Assembly (NCBI GenBank): GCA_963540515.1
Contig: CAUTNA010000003.1
Coordinates: 7,301 to 71,300 of the forward strand
Direction of reading: 5' to 3'
Source of the DNA: an uncultured Alphaproteobacteria bacterium
GTDB lineage: Bacteria; Pseudomonadota; Alphaproteobacteria; Rs-D84
Length of the DNA: 64,000 nt
This document shows, piece by piece, positions 1 to 10,176 of this stretch. Position numbers and translations under genes: made by a program. Every line of letters starts with the position of its first letter. Position 1 is the stretch's first letter. The notes under the pieces were generated by a model that did not search any database, was not told the origin of the DNA, and saw nothing but the letters and a program-made list of their open reading frames with translations.

Positions 1-1045
1 AATTATATCCTGTCTTTGTTGGTAATGTTATACTTGGCATAGGACTACCAAAAGTTGCTGTTACACTATCCGTACCACCTGTTCCACCTTGTTTATATAA
101 TGTAATAGTTGTTGTTTTAGCTATACAATCTGTATCATCAGAATTTGGTTTATAGCCTTTCGTACAATATAATTCTCTTGAGCCATAACTACCTTTTAAC
201 TCCCTAATTGTGTAAACAAAGGATTTAAGTCCTTCATTGCTACATATTATTCTCACTGGGGCAACTATAAAACCATTATTTAAATATTTAACTATACCTC
301 TATGTACTCGACTTGCCCTTTGAAGTCCAGGAGATTTACACCAACCATAACTAAAATGGTCTATTCTACTATTTTTATAAATATTTAACATATCATAATT
401 GTCATAGGTTGCCTTAAAATTTCGATTTATAGAAGGATAAAGATTATAAGATTTATTTTTATAATTCTTATAATCATCATTAGGCATATTTCTATACATA
501 CCTTCTTTAAGACTAGTATGACTAACTCCAGTAATTTCTTCATTTTTAACAGAATATGTAATTTTACTTCCTGAAGTATAGAAATAAAATAATCTAAAAT
601 CTTTATATTCACCTATATTACTACAACTAATTTGTACAGGATAAAAATGATCTTTTTCTTCTGCTTCTATTCTTGCAATAAATCCATATTCATCTGAATA
701 TCCCATAACTTTACAATTAGGATGGATACCAATTATACAATCAGTAATATTAAATTCTACTGCTCTTTCAGCTCCACCTAAAAAAAAATTACAAGCCTCT
801 GGACAATCATAATTACCACTACATTCAGATTCATAATTTACATTATTAAATTCTTCCTTACATCCATAGTATAAATTATTATACTCGTTTAATGAACAAC
901 AAAAAACAAAATTAGGATATAACATAAACAAGAATAAAACACTAAATTTAATTAATAATTTTGATTTTAGTTTTAAAAAAACTAAAATCTTTCTAATAGA
1001 CTGATAGAATCTTATTATCAAAAATCTATTTAATACTCTTCTCAT
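1..1045 (-). CDS. Secreted Cys-rich protein, N-terminal part only (ORF runs off the window start); the last visible residues look like a Listeria-Bacteroides (Flg_new-type) repeat
   Basis: Own translation of the minus strand from ATG (cat at 1043-1045): MRRVLNRF..., hydrophobic leader LFLFMLYPNFVFCCS, many Cys, open through position 1. The end reads TITLYKQGGTGGTDSVTATFGSPMPSITLPTKTGYN. Absent from the ORF track because there is no stop in the window. Confidence 0.6.
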   Translation of the reverse strand, partial: MRRVLNRFLIIRFYQSIRKILVFLKLKSKLLIKFSVLFLFMLYPNFVFCCSLNEYNNLYYGCKEEFNNVNYESECSGNYDCPEACNFFLGGAERAVEFNITDCIIGIHPNCKVMGYSDEYGFIARIEAEEKDHFYPVQISCSNIGEYKDFRLFYFYTSGSKITYSVKNEEITGVSHTSLKEGMYRNMPNDDYKNYKNKSYNLYPSINRNFKATYDNYDMLNIYKNSRIDHFSYGWCKSPGLQRASRVHRGIVKYLNNGFIVAPVRIICSNEGLKSFVYTIRELKGSYGSRELYCTKGYKPNSDDTDCIAKTTTITLYKQGGTGGTDSVTATFGSPMPSITLPTKTGYN

Positions 1046-1240
1046 ATGTTTGAATTTTACTAAATTATTAGCAATAACTTCAAGTTGTTTTATATAAATA
1101 ATAAAATAAATTATTAAATTTATAATTTAATTAAATTTAGCTATAAAAATTGTCAAAATCTCAGTATCCTACTTAATGATAATATAATAAATAATTAAAT
1201 CAAAGATTTATTAAAATAAGAAGTTTAAAATTAAAAATAA

Positions 1241-1264
1241 AGAACCGCAATTTCTTGCGGTTCT
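1241..1264 (-). terminator. Rho-independent terminator downstream of tsf
   Basis: Perfect hairpin agaaccgcaa/ttgcggttct with a 4-nt loop, directly after the tsf stop. A T-run follows on the minus strand. Confidence 0.7.
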
Positions 1265-1266
1265 TT

Positions 1267-2139
1267 TTATTTACCAAGCATTTTATTTACTTCATCTGCA
1301 AGATTATCTTCTCTTTTTTGGATTCCTTCTCCAAGTAAATAATAAGCGTATCCTGCAAGCTTACCACCTAATTCGGATAACACTTGTTTAACTGATTTAT
1401 TCATATCCATTAAAAATGCTTGTTCTTCTAATACTGATTCTGAATAGTATTTCTTTATACGACCTTCAACCATTTTTTCTACTACATTTTCAGGTTTACC
1501 TGATGTTGCACCAGATTCAATAAATACTTTCTTTTCACGTTCTATTGCCTTTGGATCAACTTCAGAGATATTTAAAAATTCTGGTTTGAATGCTGCAACA
1601 TGCATTGCAACCTTTTGACCAATTTCATCAATCTTTGATTTTTCTCCATCAATTGCAACTACAACTGCAATTTGTCCCATCATAGGAACTATAGCGTTGT
1701 GAACATATGCATAAATATTATCGCCTTCAACTTTTGATATACGGCGTAAATTCATATTTTCACCAATTGTTGCGATACAATTTGATATTTCATCTTTTGT
1801 ATCTTCTTGGGTTTTCTCAAAATCACCTTTATTATCAAGTGCTTTTTTAGCAATACTTGATACAAGAGATTGAAACTTATCATTTTTTGCAACAAAGTCT
1901 GTTTCTGCATTAACTTCAATAACGCATCCAACTTTATCAGATTTTATTGCAGTAACAAGTCCTGATGCTGCAATTCTTCCAGATTTAGATGCTGCTTTTA
2001 TAATTCCTTTTTGGCGAAGCCAATCTGATGCAGCTTCCACATCGCCATTATTTTCAATAAGGGCTTTTTTGCAATCCATCATACCTGCGGATGTTTTTTC
2101 ACGTAATTCTTGTATTAATTTTACTGTAATCTCTGCCAT
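1267..2139 (-). CDS. tsf: Elongation factor Ts
   Basis: MAEITVKLIQELREKTSAGMMDCKKAL... is the classic EF-Ts N-terminus. ATG at 2139 is preceded by AGGTGG. The track ORF extends to a GTG at 2148. Confidence 0.95.
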   Translation of the reverse strand: MAEITVKLIQELREKTSAGMMDCKKALIENNGDVEAASDWLRQKGIIKAASKSGRIAASGLVTAIKSDKVGCVIEVNAETDFVAKNDKFQSLVSSIAKKALDNKGDFEKTQEDTKDEISNCIATIGENMNLRRISKVEGDNIYAYVHNAIVPMMGQIAVVVAIDGEKSKIDEIGQKVAMHVAAFKPEFLNISEVDPKAIEREKKVFIESGATSGKPENVVEKMVEGRIKKYYSESVLEEQAFLMDMNKSVKQVLSELGGKLAGYAYYLLGEGIQKREDNLADEVNKMLGK

Positions 2140-2156
2140 AGTACCCACCTTATTTT

Positions 2157-3014
2157 TTATTCAGATTTTTCCATTTTTTCTGCTAATTTTTCTCTTCTTT
2201 GGTTTCTTGCTTCAGATATTTTTGACTTTTCTTTTGATTCTTTTTCTTTTATAGAATCTTCTAATTTATCAGCAGAGTCGCCCATCATATCTAATTCTGC
2301 TTTTTTACTTGCAACTCCGCCAAGTCTTTTTTCTATACCTGAAAGGATTGCATCAACAAAAAGGTCACAATAAAGTTGAATTGAACGAAGTGCATCATCA
2401 TTACCAGGAACTGGGTAATCAACCATCTCTGGATTTGCATTAGTATCACATATTGCAATTGTTGGTATATCTAAAATTCTTGCTTCTTTTACAGCATTCA
2501 TTTCTCTTGGAACATCTATTACAACAGCAACTTGAGGAACACCATGCATATCAATTATTCCACCAAAAATTGAACGAAGTTTTTCAACTTCTTTTGTCAT
2601 TATACCAACTTCTTTCTTTGTCAGTCCTAACTTATCTGCATTAACAATATCTGCTTCCATCTTTTTTAATCTGCGAATACTTTGAGACACTGTTGTCCAA
2701 TTAGTCATCATACCACCAAGCCAACGACTGTTTACATAAAATTGACCACATCTTTCGGCGGCATCTTTTACAATTTCTTTTGCTTGATGTTTTGTTGCAA
2801 TAAATAAAACTTTACCACCTGCTGCAACGATCGCTTCAAGTGCTACTAAAGCTTTATGTAAAAGAGGTGCTGTTTTATTTAAATTTATAATATGAATTTT
2901 ATCTTTAACACCATAGACGTATGGAGTCATAAGAGGGTTCCATCTGCGAGTATGATGTCCAAAGTGAACACCGGCTTCCATTAATTGTTTCATTGTAAAT
3001 GTTGGCAATGCCAT
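2157..3014 (-). CDS. rpsB: 30S ribosomal protein S2
   Basis: MALPTFTMKQLMEAGVHFGHHTRRWNP..., conserved rpsB-tsf pair; Lys/Glu-rich C-terminal tail. Confidence 0.97.
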   Translation of the reverse strand: MALPTFTMKQLMEAGVHFGHHTRRWNPLMTPYVYGVKDKIHIINLNKTAPLLHKALVALEAIVAAGGKVLFIATKHQAKEIVKDAAERCGQFYVNSRWLGGMMTNWTTVSQSIRRLKKMEADIVNADKLGLTKKEVGIMTKEVEKLRSIFGGIIDMHGVPQVAVVIDVPREMNAVKEARILDIPTIAICDTNANPEMVDYPVPGNDDALRSIQLYCDLFVDAILSGIEKRLGGVASKKAELDMMGDSADKLEDSIKEKESKEKSKISEARNQRREKLAEKMEKSE

Positions 3015-3429
3015 ATTTTATCCTTTTTTCTGTTATTACCTTGTTGTCCTTATCATAAGACCAATAAATTAATTGGACAGAAAACTAAAAGACAACTGTG
3101 TTATAAGATATAAAATATCTCTAAGATTGAGCCTAGAATAAATATATAAAAAAATCAAGAATTTTTAAATGTTTATATTAAATATATTCAAAATAAATTT
3201 AAAAATTTGTAATAGAATTTATTACAATACGAACAGGTATAATTTTATCTTTATTTAATAAATATAATCAATATCATATGAATAAAAATTAATACTTGAT
3301 ATACAAATATACATAGATCTATTTAGATAACTATAAAAAGAATCATCTATCTCAACTTCGCTCACATTCAAAAATTGGTTTGAAATTTAAATAAATCTCA
3401 ATATATCAGATGATTCTTTTTTTATTAAA

Positions 3430-4614
3430 TTAATATTTTTTTACAGGAATACTTAAAACTTTATTTACATATATAATATTAGGATTTTTTATATGATTTC
3501 TTTGTGCTATTACTGTAAAAAATACACCTTTATTTAAGAAATTTTTTGAAATCATCCATAAACAATCCCCCTTCCTAACTTTATAGAAAGTATTATTAAA
3601 ACCTGTTGATTTTGGCATTGTAAAGTTATGCTTTATTTCTGATACAATATTTCCTTCACTGTCATGCAATTTAATCAATAAAGTATATCCATTTCCTTCA
3701 ACTAACTTTTTTATATCTTTACCAATACCAAAGTTTTTATAACTTGAAACTCTTGTAAAGCCAATATATTCATCATTAAGAGTTATAGAAACTCTAAGTT
3801 TTGGAATAGCTTTACCTGTTATAACTATTCTGCCTGTATCTAAATAATCTATTTTTGATACAATTAAATCACCTTTTGAAATACTTGGTGCTTGAAGTAT
3901 TTTACTTCCATCTTTTGTGAAAAGTAAAGACATTGCACCTTCATATCCATTTTCTGGTATATAGACAAATACTTTTGCATCAGATTCTTTATTATTTTCA
4001 CTGATCAAAGTTATTGTATAGTTTCCTGGTTTTAAATTTTTCTTATTTGTATAAACGAATTCTCCATTTTCATTTGTACGTTCAGTTGCTACTATTTTTT
4101 TATTAAGCAAAATTGAAACATTTGATTTAGAAACCCATCTTCCTGCAACAACTATTACTCCCTCTTTATCTATTCTTACAATATCAAATAAAGGTGCTGT
4201 TTCTCTTTCTTCTATTCTTTCAACAGCATTTTCGATTTTTTCAATTGTGCTTATTTTTTCTACTTCTTTAACTTCGTTTTTTACCATTTTACTTGGTTTT
4301 ATAAATATTGTCCAAAGAGCTATTAATATAACTATAACAACACACAAAATAGGAAACCAATACGCTATAAGACCTGATTGAATTTGGACATTTTCATCAT
4401 TTAGCTTTTTATTTACTTGTTTCATATCATTCTCTTTTTTATTAAATATATTAAGTTTTTTTAAAAATTTCCTAGCAGATTCACGTCTCCTTGACATCCA
4501 AGAATTTTGCCTTTCTATTGCCTCAACAATTATTGTATTTGTTGATCTTTTTACTTTCCCAATTTTTTCATTTTTCTTTGCCATACAATATTTCCAAAAT
4601 TTATTTTTTGACAA
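3430..4614 (-). CDS. Membrane-anchored LysM domain protein
   Basis: One internal TM segment (YWFPILCVVIVILIALWTIFI). C-terminal LysM-like YKVRKGDCLWMISKNF...IKNPNIIYVNKVLSIP. The middle is beta-rich. Confidence 0.7.
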   Translation of the reverse strand: MSKNKFWKYCMAKKNEKIGKVKRSTNTIIVEAIERQNSWMSRRRESARKFLKKLNIFNKKENDMKQVNKKLNDENVQIQSGLIAYWFPILCVVIVILIALWTIFIKPSKMVKNEVKEVEKISTIEKIENAVERIEERETAPLFDIVRIDKEGVIVVAGRWVSKSNVSILLNKKIVATERTNENGEFVYTNKKNLKPGNYTITLISENNKESDAKVFVYIPENGYEGAMSLLFTKDGSKILQAPSISKGDLIVSKIDYLDTGRIVITGKAIPKLRVSITLNDEYIGFTRVSSYKNFGIGKDIKKLVEGNGYTLLIKLHDSEGNIVSEIKHNFTMPKSTGFNNTFYKVRKGDCLWMISKNFLNKGVFFTVIAQRNHIKNPNIIYVNKVLSIPVKKY

Positions 4615-4744
4615 AATTAGTATAAATTTATTTCTTTGTCAATGCTTTTATTGATTTATAATTTATAAAGAATATTAAATATTTGTACATTATTATAAAG
4701 TTCTCTGAAAACATAAAAAATATTTTAGTTTTTATTTTAAATAA

Positions 4745-4775
4745 AAAAAGATCTGATATTTCACAGATCTTTTTT
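4745..4775 (-). terminator. Rho-independent terminator downstream of rpsP
   Basis: Hairpin aaagatctg / cagatcttt (8-nt loop), followed by a T-run on the minus strand. Confidence 0.6.
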
Positions 4776-4796
4776 GTAATAAGTTTAAGAATAAAC

Positions 4797-5189
4797 CTAT
4801 TCTGCAGCTGATTCAGGTACAATCTCTTCTTTTTGAGCCTGTAATTTTGCTAATTTATCAGCTTTATCTTTAATCTTCATTTTTGTTTTTTCAGACTGTA
4901 AATTCTTTTTTGTTTGGTTTGGAATTTCTCTTTTCTTAACTAAATTTGCATTTGCTAAAAATCTGTAAACTCTATCAGATGCTTTTGCTCCTTTTGATAA
5001 CCATTCTTTTATTTGATCTATCTTAAGTATAACTCTTTTATCACTATCTTTTGCCTGCATAGGATCATATTTTCCAACCACTTCTAAAACATTACCAGAA
5101 TTACGTGCATTTCTAGAATCTGTTACTACTATATGATAATAAGGACGTTTTTTTGTTCCAAATCTTGCCAATCTTATAACTGTTGCCAT
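4797..5189 (-). CDS. rpsP: 30S ribosomal protein S16 with Lys-rich C-terminal extension
   Basis: MATVIRLARFGTKKRPYYHIVVTDSRNARNSG... Confidence 0.95.
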   Translation of the reverse strand: MATVIRLARFGTKKRPYYHIVVTDSRNARNSGNVLEVVGKYDPMQAKDSDKRVILKIDQIKEWLSKGAKASDRVYRFLANANLVKKREIPNQTKKNLQSEKTKMKIKDKADKLAKLQAQKEEIVPESAAE

Positions 5190-5335
5190 TTAATAACTCC
5201 ATAAATAAAAAATACGACCATCAAAAGCGAAACTCGCCAATTGATGTTCCATGCATATACCATGCACAGATAAAAAATGCTAATCTATGTGATTTGCAGA
5301 AAACATTTTAAATAATATATTTTATTTTGTCAAAT

Positions 5336-6385
5336 TTATTTATATTCGCCAATATAAATATTTTTCTTTATAGAAAGGCTTAATAAATCACTTTTATCTT
5401 CAATACATTTTGTTGAAATAGGCATATTTGGATAATTATTATCTTTGATTTTTATCCCATTCTCAAATACTTCATCTATAGAAATAGTTTTAAATTTTTT
5501 ATTTACAAAAGATGTCATTACAAAAGTTTCTTTATTTTCAATAGCATCTACTGCAAGGTCAGAATATTTAACAGATAATAATTTATCTTCTGTATTCATC
5601 TTTGTAAGAATTTGAAAAGTATCTAAAATTATATTTTTATTATAGATTCCAAGTTTTGATAATTCTCGTGAGATAATTTCTGAAATTTCTCCGGAGTGTC
5701 CACGAAGTTTAATTCCACTTGATACAACTATAATACCTGAATTTTTACCATTTTTAAGTAAATGTTTAGTAAGCTCTTTTATATCAAATTTTATCTCATG
5801 TAATAAAATTGCATCAGCATTTCCAAGAAGTCCAGAGTAAAGTGCTAAATTTCCATTATTTTCACCAAATGTTTGTAGAATAAAATACTTATTTTGATTT
5901 TGTGCTATTTTATTAAATTCAGTGCAAAAATCAGAGATTTTATCTATAGTTGAATTAAAACCAATACAGTTTTCAGTAAGTGGAATATCGTTTGTTATAC
6001 TTACTGGAATGTGAATAAGAGAAACAGAAGAAAAAACTTCTTTAAAATGATATTCATAAGATAAGGCGATTTTATCACCTAAAACAATAATAGCATCCAA
6101 ACCTAATTTAGTAATAGATTGTTTTAATTTTTTGTTAAAATTTGTAATTTCTCCATTTTTTAGAAAAGTTTCTAAAGAAGAATAATTTCCAGATAAAAAA
6201 CTATTTGATAAATCGAAATTTTTTATAAAGTCTTTTGAAATTTTTTCAACAGTTCCGTCTATTATTCCGTCAATACCATTTTGAATAACAAATAAATCCC
6301 AATTTTTTGTAATATTTAAAAGATTATAAATAATAGAATTTATTCCAAAAGAAAATTTATTAAAATTTAGAATTCCAACTTTCAT
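5336..6385 (-). CDS. Phosphofructokinase-family protein with degenerate catalytic motifs
   Basis: PFK-like blocks in PFK order: KVGILNF.., DAIIVLGDK, IHIPVSITNDIPLTENCIGFNSTID, TFGENNGNLALYSGLLGNADAILLHE. The canonical GGD, GGDGS, TIDND and MGR residues are substituted. Confidence 0.6.
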   Translation of the reverse strand: MKVGILNFNKFSFGINSIIYNLLNITKNWDLFVIQNGIDGIIDGTVEKISKDFIKNFDLSNSFLSGNYSSLETFLKNGEITNFNKKLKQSITKLGLDAIIVLGDKIALSYEYHFKEVFSSVSLIHIPVSITNDIPLTENCIGFNSTIDKISDFCTEFNKIAQNQNKYFILQTFGENNGNLALYSGLLGNADAILLHEIKFDIKELTKHLLKNGKNSGIIVVSSGIKLRGHSGEISEIISRELSKLGIYNKNIILDTFQILTKMNTEDKLLSVKYSDLAVDAIENKETFVMTSFVNKKFKTISIDEVFENGIKIKDNNYPNMPISTKCIEDKSDLLSLSIKKNIYIGEYK

Positions 6386-6467
6386 ATATTTATAAGACTA
6401 TTATCAAAATTTAAGAATATCAAGAGAACAATACTAAAAATATTAGAGAGTGATAACTATAATAAAA

Positions 6468-7196
6468 TTACATTACAAAGTTTTCACCAAGGTACACCCG
6501 TTTTACATCTTTGTCTTTTACAATTTCTTCTGTTGTACCTTGTTTTAATATAATTCCATTGTGAAGAATATAACTTCTGTCTGTAATTCCTAATGTTTCT
6601 CTTACATTGTGATCAGTTATTATAACTCCAAGACCTCTATTTTTTAGTTGAGACACTAAATTTCTTATTTCATTTACTGCAATCGGATCAATTCCTGCAA
6701 AAGGTTCATCCAACAATATAAATTTGGGATCATTTGCAAGCGCTCTTGCTATTTCAACTCTTCTTCTTTCTCCACCTGATAGAGCAGTTGCAGGACTATA
6801 TCTTAATCTAGTAATAGAAAATTCTTCTAATAAAGAATCTAGTTTTTCTTTTCTTTTCTTCTTATCCTTTTCAACGATCTCTAAAATTGACATTATATTT
6901 TGTTCAACATTAAGACCTCTGAAAATACTGTTTTCTTGAGGAAGATAACCAATATGGAGTCTAGCTCTTTGATAAAAAGGTAATTTTGTTATATCTTGAG
7001 AATTTAAAAATATACTTCCTGAACTTGCAGATAGTTGTCCTGTTATACAATAAAAAGCCGTTGTTTTACCAGCACCATTTGGACCAAGTAATCCAATAGA
7101 TTCACCTTGTTTAACTTCTAAAGATATATCTTTTATAACAAGTTTTTTTCCATAAAACTTTGATAAGTTTCTAACTTTTAGTATACTATTTTTCAT
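6468..7196 (-). CDS. lptB: LPS export ABC transporter ATP-binding protein
   Basis: Walker A GPNGAGKTT, signature LSGGERRRVEIARAL, Walker B ILLDEPFAGIDP. About 240 aa, the typical LptB size; overlaps the upstream LptC-like gene by 4 nt. Confidence 0.9.
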   Translation of the reverse strand: MKNSILKVRNLSKFYGKKLVIKDISLEVKQGESIGLLGPNGAGKTTAFYCITGQLSASSGSIFLNSQDITKLPFYQRARLHIGYLPQENSIFRGLNVEQNIMSILEIVEKDKKKRKEKLDSLLEEFSITRLRYSPATALSGGERRRVEIARALANDPKFILLDEPFAGIDPIAVNEIRNLVSQLKNRGLGVIITDHNVRETLGITDRSYILHNGIILKQGTTEEIVKDKDVKRVYLGENFVM

Positions 7197-7672
7197 AATT
7201 TAATAATTAATTCTTTTGTAAATAATTTATCACCATTATTAGATATTACATTAACATCACCAAAAAATATTAACTTTTTCTCTTTTATTAAGTACTTTCC
7301 TTTTAAAGCTGTTATTTTACTATTTATCTTTTTATCTTTGTTAAACCTTACAACATTGCCTTCAATATTTTCAATAAATAAAATGTCAGAATTGTTATTT
7401 TCTTTATAAGCTTTAGCTATTTTTACATTGAAAGGTTCTTTATTTTTATCTAATCCAGCAAATGATGCTTCTGTAATTGTTAGTTGATTATTCATAATTT
7501 CACCAAGATCAACAAAAGATAGTGGAGTCCAAACAATTTGTTTTGTAAAAAATATTCCTGCAACAATTGTTGCAACCATAATCAGTCCTGAGCCTGTAAA
7601 GAAAAACTGCCAAAGTCTAGCCAATCTTTTATACTTATTAAATATAATTATATTTCTGTTTTTTATTGCCAT
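7193..7672 (-). CDS. LptC-like bitopic periplasmic protein
   Basis: N-terminal TM anchor plus a beta-rich domain of about 110 aa; translationally coupled (ATGA overlap) to lptB. The assignment rests on position and architecture. Confidence 0.5.
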   Translation of the reverse strand: MAIKNRNIIIFNKYKRLARLWQFFFTGSGLIMVATIVAGIFFTKQIVWTPLSFVDLGEIMNNQLTITEASFAGLDKNKEPFNVKIAKAYKENNNSDILFIENIEGNVVRFNKDKKINSKITALKGKYLIKEKKLIFFGDVNVISNNGDKLFTKELIIKL

Positions 7673-7752
7673 ATCCTCGAAAGTATATATTTGGTATATT
7701 TAAAAAGCAATTTTATATTTTTTTGTTTTATGTTATAATACCCTCAGAGAAA

Positions 7753-8562
7753 ATGTTAAGATTTACTAAGATTTTTATAATTTTACTTACAATGTTTGTA
7801 TCTGTTGATGTTTTTTCAGCAGTTAAGATAAATAAAAAATCTTCTGTATCAACTACAAAATCAAAAGATTCTGGATTAGTTGATAGTGTCAAAGGATCAA
7901 GTTTAGTACCTGGAGTTATTGGACTTGTTGGTTCTGTTATGGATATAAATGCAAAGCAAAAAGCACTCACTGCTAATTGTGTACCTTCAAGTTCAGAGAT
8001 AAATTTTATAAACAATATGATAAAAGAATATGCAAAGTCTGGGGGAAGTAAAGATAATTTGTTATCTGGACATAGTTCTTGCGGTGATAAAGAAAGTTAT
8101 TTAACAAGTGTAAAACTATTATCTTCTTCAAAAGTTCCAGAGTGTTATGAAAGTTTTCCTAAATCAGATTCAGCTAAAATTTGGGATGGATATCCTATGG
8201 TAAAAACTGCAAAAATGTGTCCAAATGGTGATCTTGTTTGTCCAGGTAAAGAAATAACAGTTTCAAATGCTTATGACTTATTTGGGATTATATCTTTCTT
8301 TTTTTCTTCAGAAGATTATACAGAAAGTGAGGCAAGACAAGTTGCTGGTCTCTTAAAAAAGACAGAAGATTGTTCAAAATCATCGCTCGATAGGAAGAAA
8401 AAGGAACTTTGGACTAATTTTATAGCAAATACAGCTGGAAATATTGGAAAAAATACAAATACTGGAAATATTATACAACAAGTTGGTGCTATTTCTGGAA
8501 GTGGTGTTGGAGGAATTCTAAATACAATTGCTCCAGTTGCTACACAGTTTATGGATAAATAA
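7753..8562 (+). CDS. Secreted hypothetical protein (Cys-containing, Gly/Ser-rich C-terminus)
   Basis: The internal ATG at 7753 gives the signal peptide MLRFTKIFIILLTMFVSVDVFSA. The longer track ORF (7666) would overlap the divergent lptC-like start. Confidence 0.6.
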   Translation: MLRFTKIFIILLTMFVSVDVFSAVKINKKSSVSTTKSKDSGLVDSVKGSSLVPGVIGLVGSVMDINAKQKALTANCVPSSSEINFINNMIKEYAKSGGSKDNLLSGHSSCGDKESYLTSVKLLSSSKVPECYESFPKSDSAKIWDGYPMVKTAKMCPNGDLVCPGKEITVSNAYDLFGIISFFFSSEDYTESEARQVAGLLKKTEDCSKSSLDRKKKELWTNFIANTAGNIGKNTNTGNIIQQVGAISGSGVGGILNTIAPVATQFMDK

Positions 8563-8641
8563 TTATTTTGACAAAATAAAGTTTTTGCTTTACTGCTTTT
8601 ACCTTAATTTATATAATCGGGCAAACTTGAGGTTTATTTTT

Positions 8642-10123
8642 ATGAAATTTAAATTAATTTTTATCTTTATTTTGTTTTTATCTTCTTGTTCGAATTTAAA
8701 AAATAAGTCGCAGGATAATCTTGATGTGGTTGAAACTCCAACAGTTGATTATATTGAAAAGTTAGATGTTTATTCTGCAACTCATAAAGATTCTTTTTTA
8801 AATCAATTGGCTATGAATTACCGTTCTTATGCGATTTATAATGCAAGAACAAGTGGTTATCCTGATATTGGTGAGGCTTTTGCGAATAAAGCTATAACTG
8901 CATTTTCGGGAGATACTCCTTACCCTGAAACTTTGGATAATTGGGATATAGAAGATGAAAAAGCAAAATTTGATTTTATAGTATCTTATAAGAATTTAAT
9001 GGAGCAGTTAAAAAGAGATGTTTCTATTAAAAATCCTCCAATTGCGGCAGAAGCCCAAGCAAAATTTGATTGTTGGTTATCCGCTTTTGCGTCAAATCAA
9101 TTTGCAACTGCTGATGAATGCAGAATAAGGTTTAATAAAGCTATGAATGCACTTAAGAATGGAGGTAAAATTGTAAAAACAAATACTCCTTCATCTAATA
9201 TAGTTGAAAATAATAAAGTTGAAACAGTTGAAGAAATTGAAACAGAAGAAGAACTTTATTATCCAGAGACTGGAAAATATGCTTCTTTAAATAAAAGTGT
9301 TAGAAATACAGAGGGTCTTGTTATAGTGAACAATGTAAATATTCCTGAAAATTTAATAAATCCAGTTCCTGTATCTCCTGTTGTTTTCAATCAAAATATT
9401 TATGGAAATGATAAAGGAAAATCTAATGAAAATTCTGATATTAAGATTGTAGAAGAAAAATCATTACAACCTTCTGGTACTACAACGATTGAAACTCTGA
9501 CAGCTGAAACTGAAACAACTGTAAATTCTCGTGAAGAAAGTATTTCTCGTGCTGAGTTTATAGATATGATGATGACTATGAGATCTGAGATTGAAGCAAT
9601 AAATGCCAGACTTGATAAGATGGAAAAAGCGTCATTAGAGAAAACAGTTTTAAAGGTTCAACAGATTCCACTAGAACCTAAGCAACATGTTATGGAAGAA
9701 ATTTTAGAGGTAAGATTTGATTTTAATAAAACAAAAATAAAACCAGAATATGAAGATCTGATAAAAAAATTGGCAACAGCAACTCAAGAAAATAAAAATA
9801 TAAAAGTTTCCGTAATTGGACATACTGATACCGTTGGAAGTACCTCTTACAATTATGCATTGGGTGGAAAACGTGCTGAGGCTGTTCAAAAAATGCTTAT
9901 AAAATATGGAATACCTGCTGGTCAAATTGTTGCAGTATCTGCTGGGGAAAAAGACAATAAAATAAATCTTGGTGATGGTGTTTCAAGCCCTGAAAATAGA
10001 AGAGCAAAAGTTATAAAAGAAGTACATTATACAGAACAGCCAAAGCAAGAGACTTCTATAAAAATAGAAAAAGAAGTCTGTAATTCTGATAATTGTAAAG
10101 TTGAGGAAATAAACTCGAAATAG
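8642..10123 (+). CDS. OmpA-family peptidoglycan-binding lipoprotein
   Basis: ATG at 8642 gives the lipobox LFLSSC. The C-terminus carries an OmpA-like domain: VIGHTDTVGSTSYNYALGGKRAEAV...ENRRAKV. Confidence 0.85.
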   Translation: MKFKLIFIFILFLSSCSNLKNKSQDNLDVVETPTVDYIEKLDVYSATHKDSFLNQLAMNYRSYAIYNARTSGYPDIGEAFANKAITAFSGDTPYPETLDNWDIEDEKAKFDFIVSYKNLMEQLKRDVSIKNPPIAAEAQAKFDCWLSAFASNQFATADECRIRFNKAMNALKNGGKIVKTNTPSSNIVENNKVETVEEIETEEELYYPETGKYASLNKSVRNTEGLVIVNNVNIPENLINPVPVSPVVFNQNIYGNDKGKSNENSDIKIVEEKSLQPSGTTTIETLTAETETTVNSREESISRAEFIDMMMTMRSEIEAINARLDKMEKASLEKTVLKVQQIPLEPKQHVMEEILEVRFDFNKTKIKPEYEDLIKKLATATQENKNIKVSVIGHTDTVGSTSYNYALGGKRAEAVQKMLIKYGIPAGQIVAVSAGEKDNKINLGDGVSSPENRRAKVIKEVHYTEQPKQETSIKIEKEVCNSDNCKVEEINSK

Positions 10124-10176
10124 GTTGATTTAAATAAAAATTATGTTATTTTTATAAGCTATAAATAATAGAAGTT

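Noticed and set aside
427-612. 61-aa ORF from the track (minus strand)
   Set aside because: It lies inside the 348-codon open frame 1-1045 on the same strand but in another frame. The product is I/L/K low-complexity, typical of off-frame AT-rich sequence.
3207-3227. Palindrome ttgtaata-gaatt-tattacaa in the rpsB upstream region, and an 11-bp long-range inverted repeat aagaatcatct at about 3338 and 3408
   Set aside because: Short A/T palindromes are expected by chance in a ~400-bp AT-rich spacer. The long-range pair may simply be a large-loop terminator for the LysM gene. There is no support for an operator.
5249-5266. Direct repeat ccatgca-tata-ccatgca upstream of rpsP
   Set aside because: It is only 7 nt, has no second occurrence in the window, and cannot be distinguished from chance.
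7666-8641. Long N-terminal extensions of the ORFs 7666-8562 and 8528-10123
   Set aside because: Internal ATGs (7753 and 8642) give canonical signal peptide or lipobox N-termini. They also remove overlaps with neighbouring genes.
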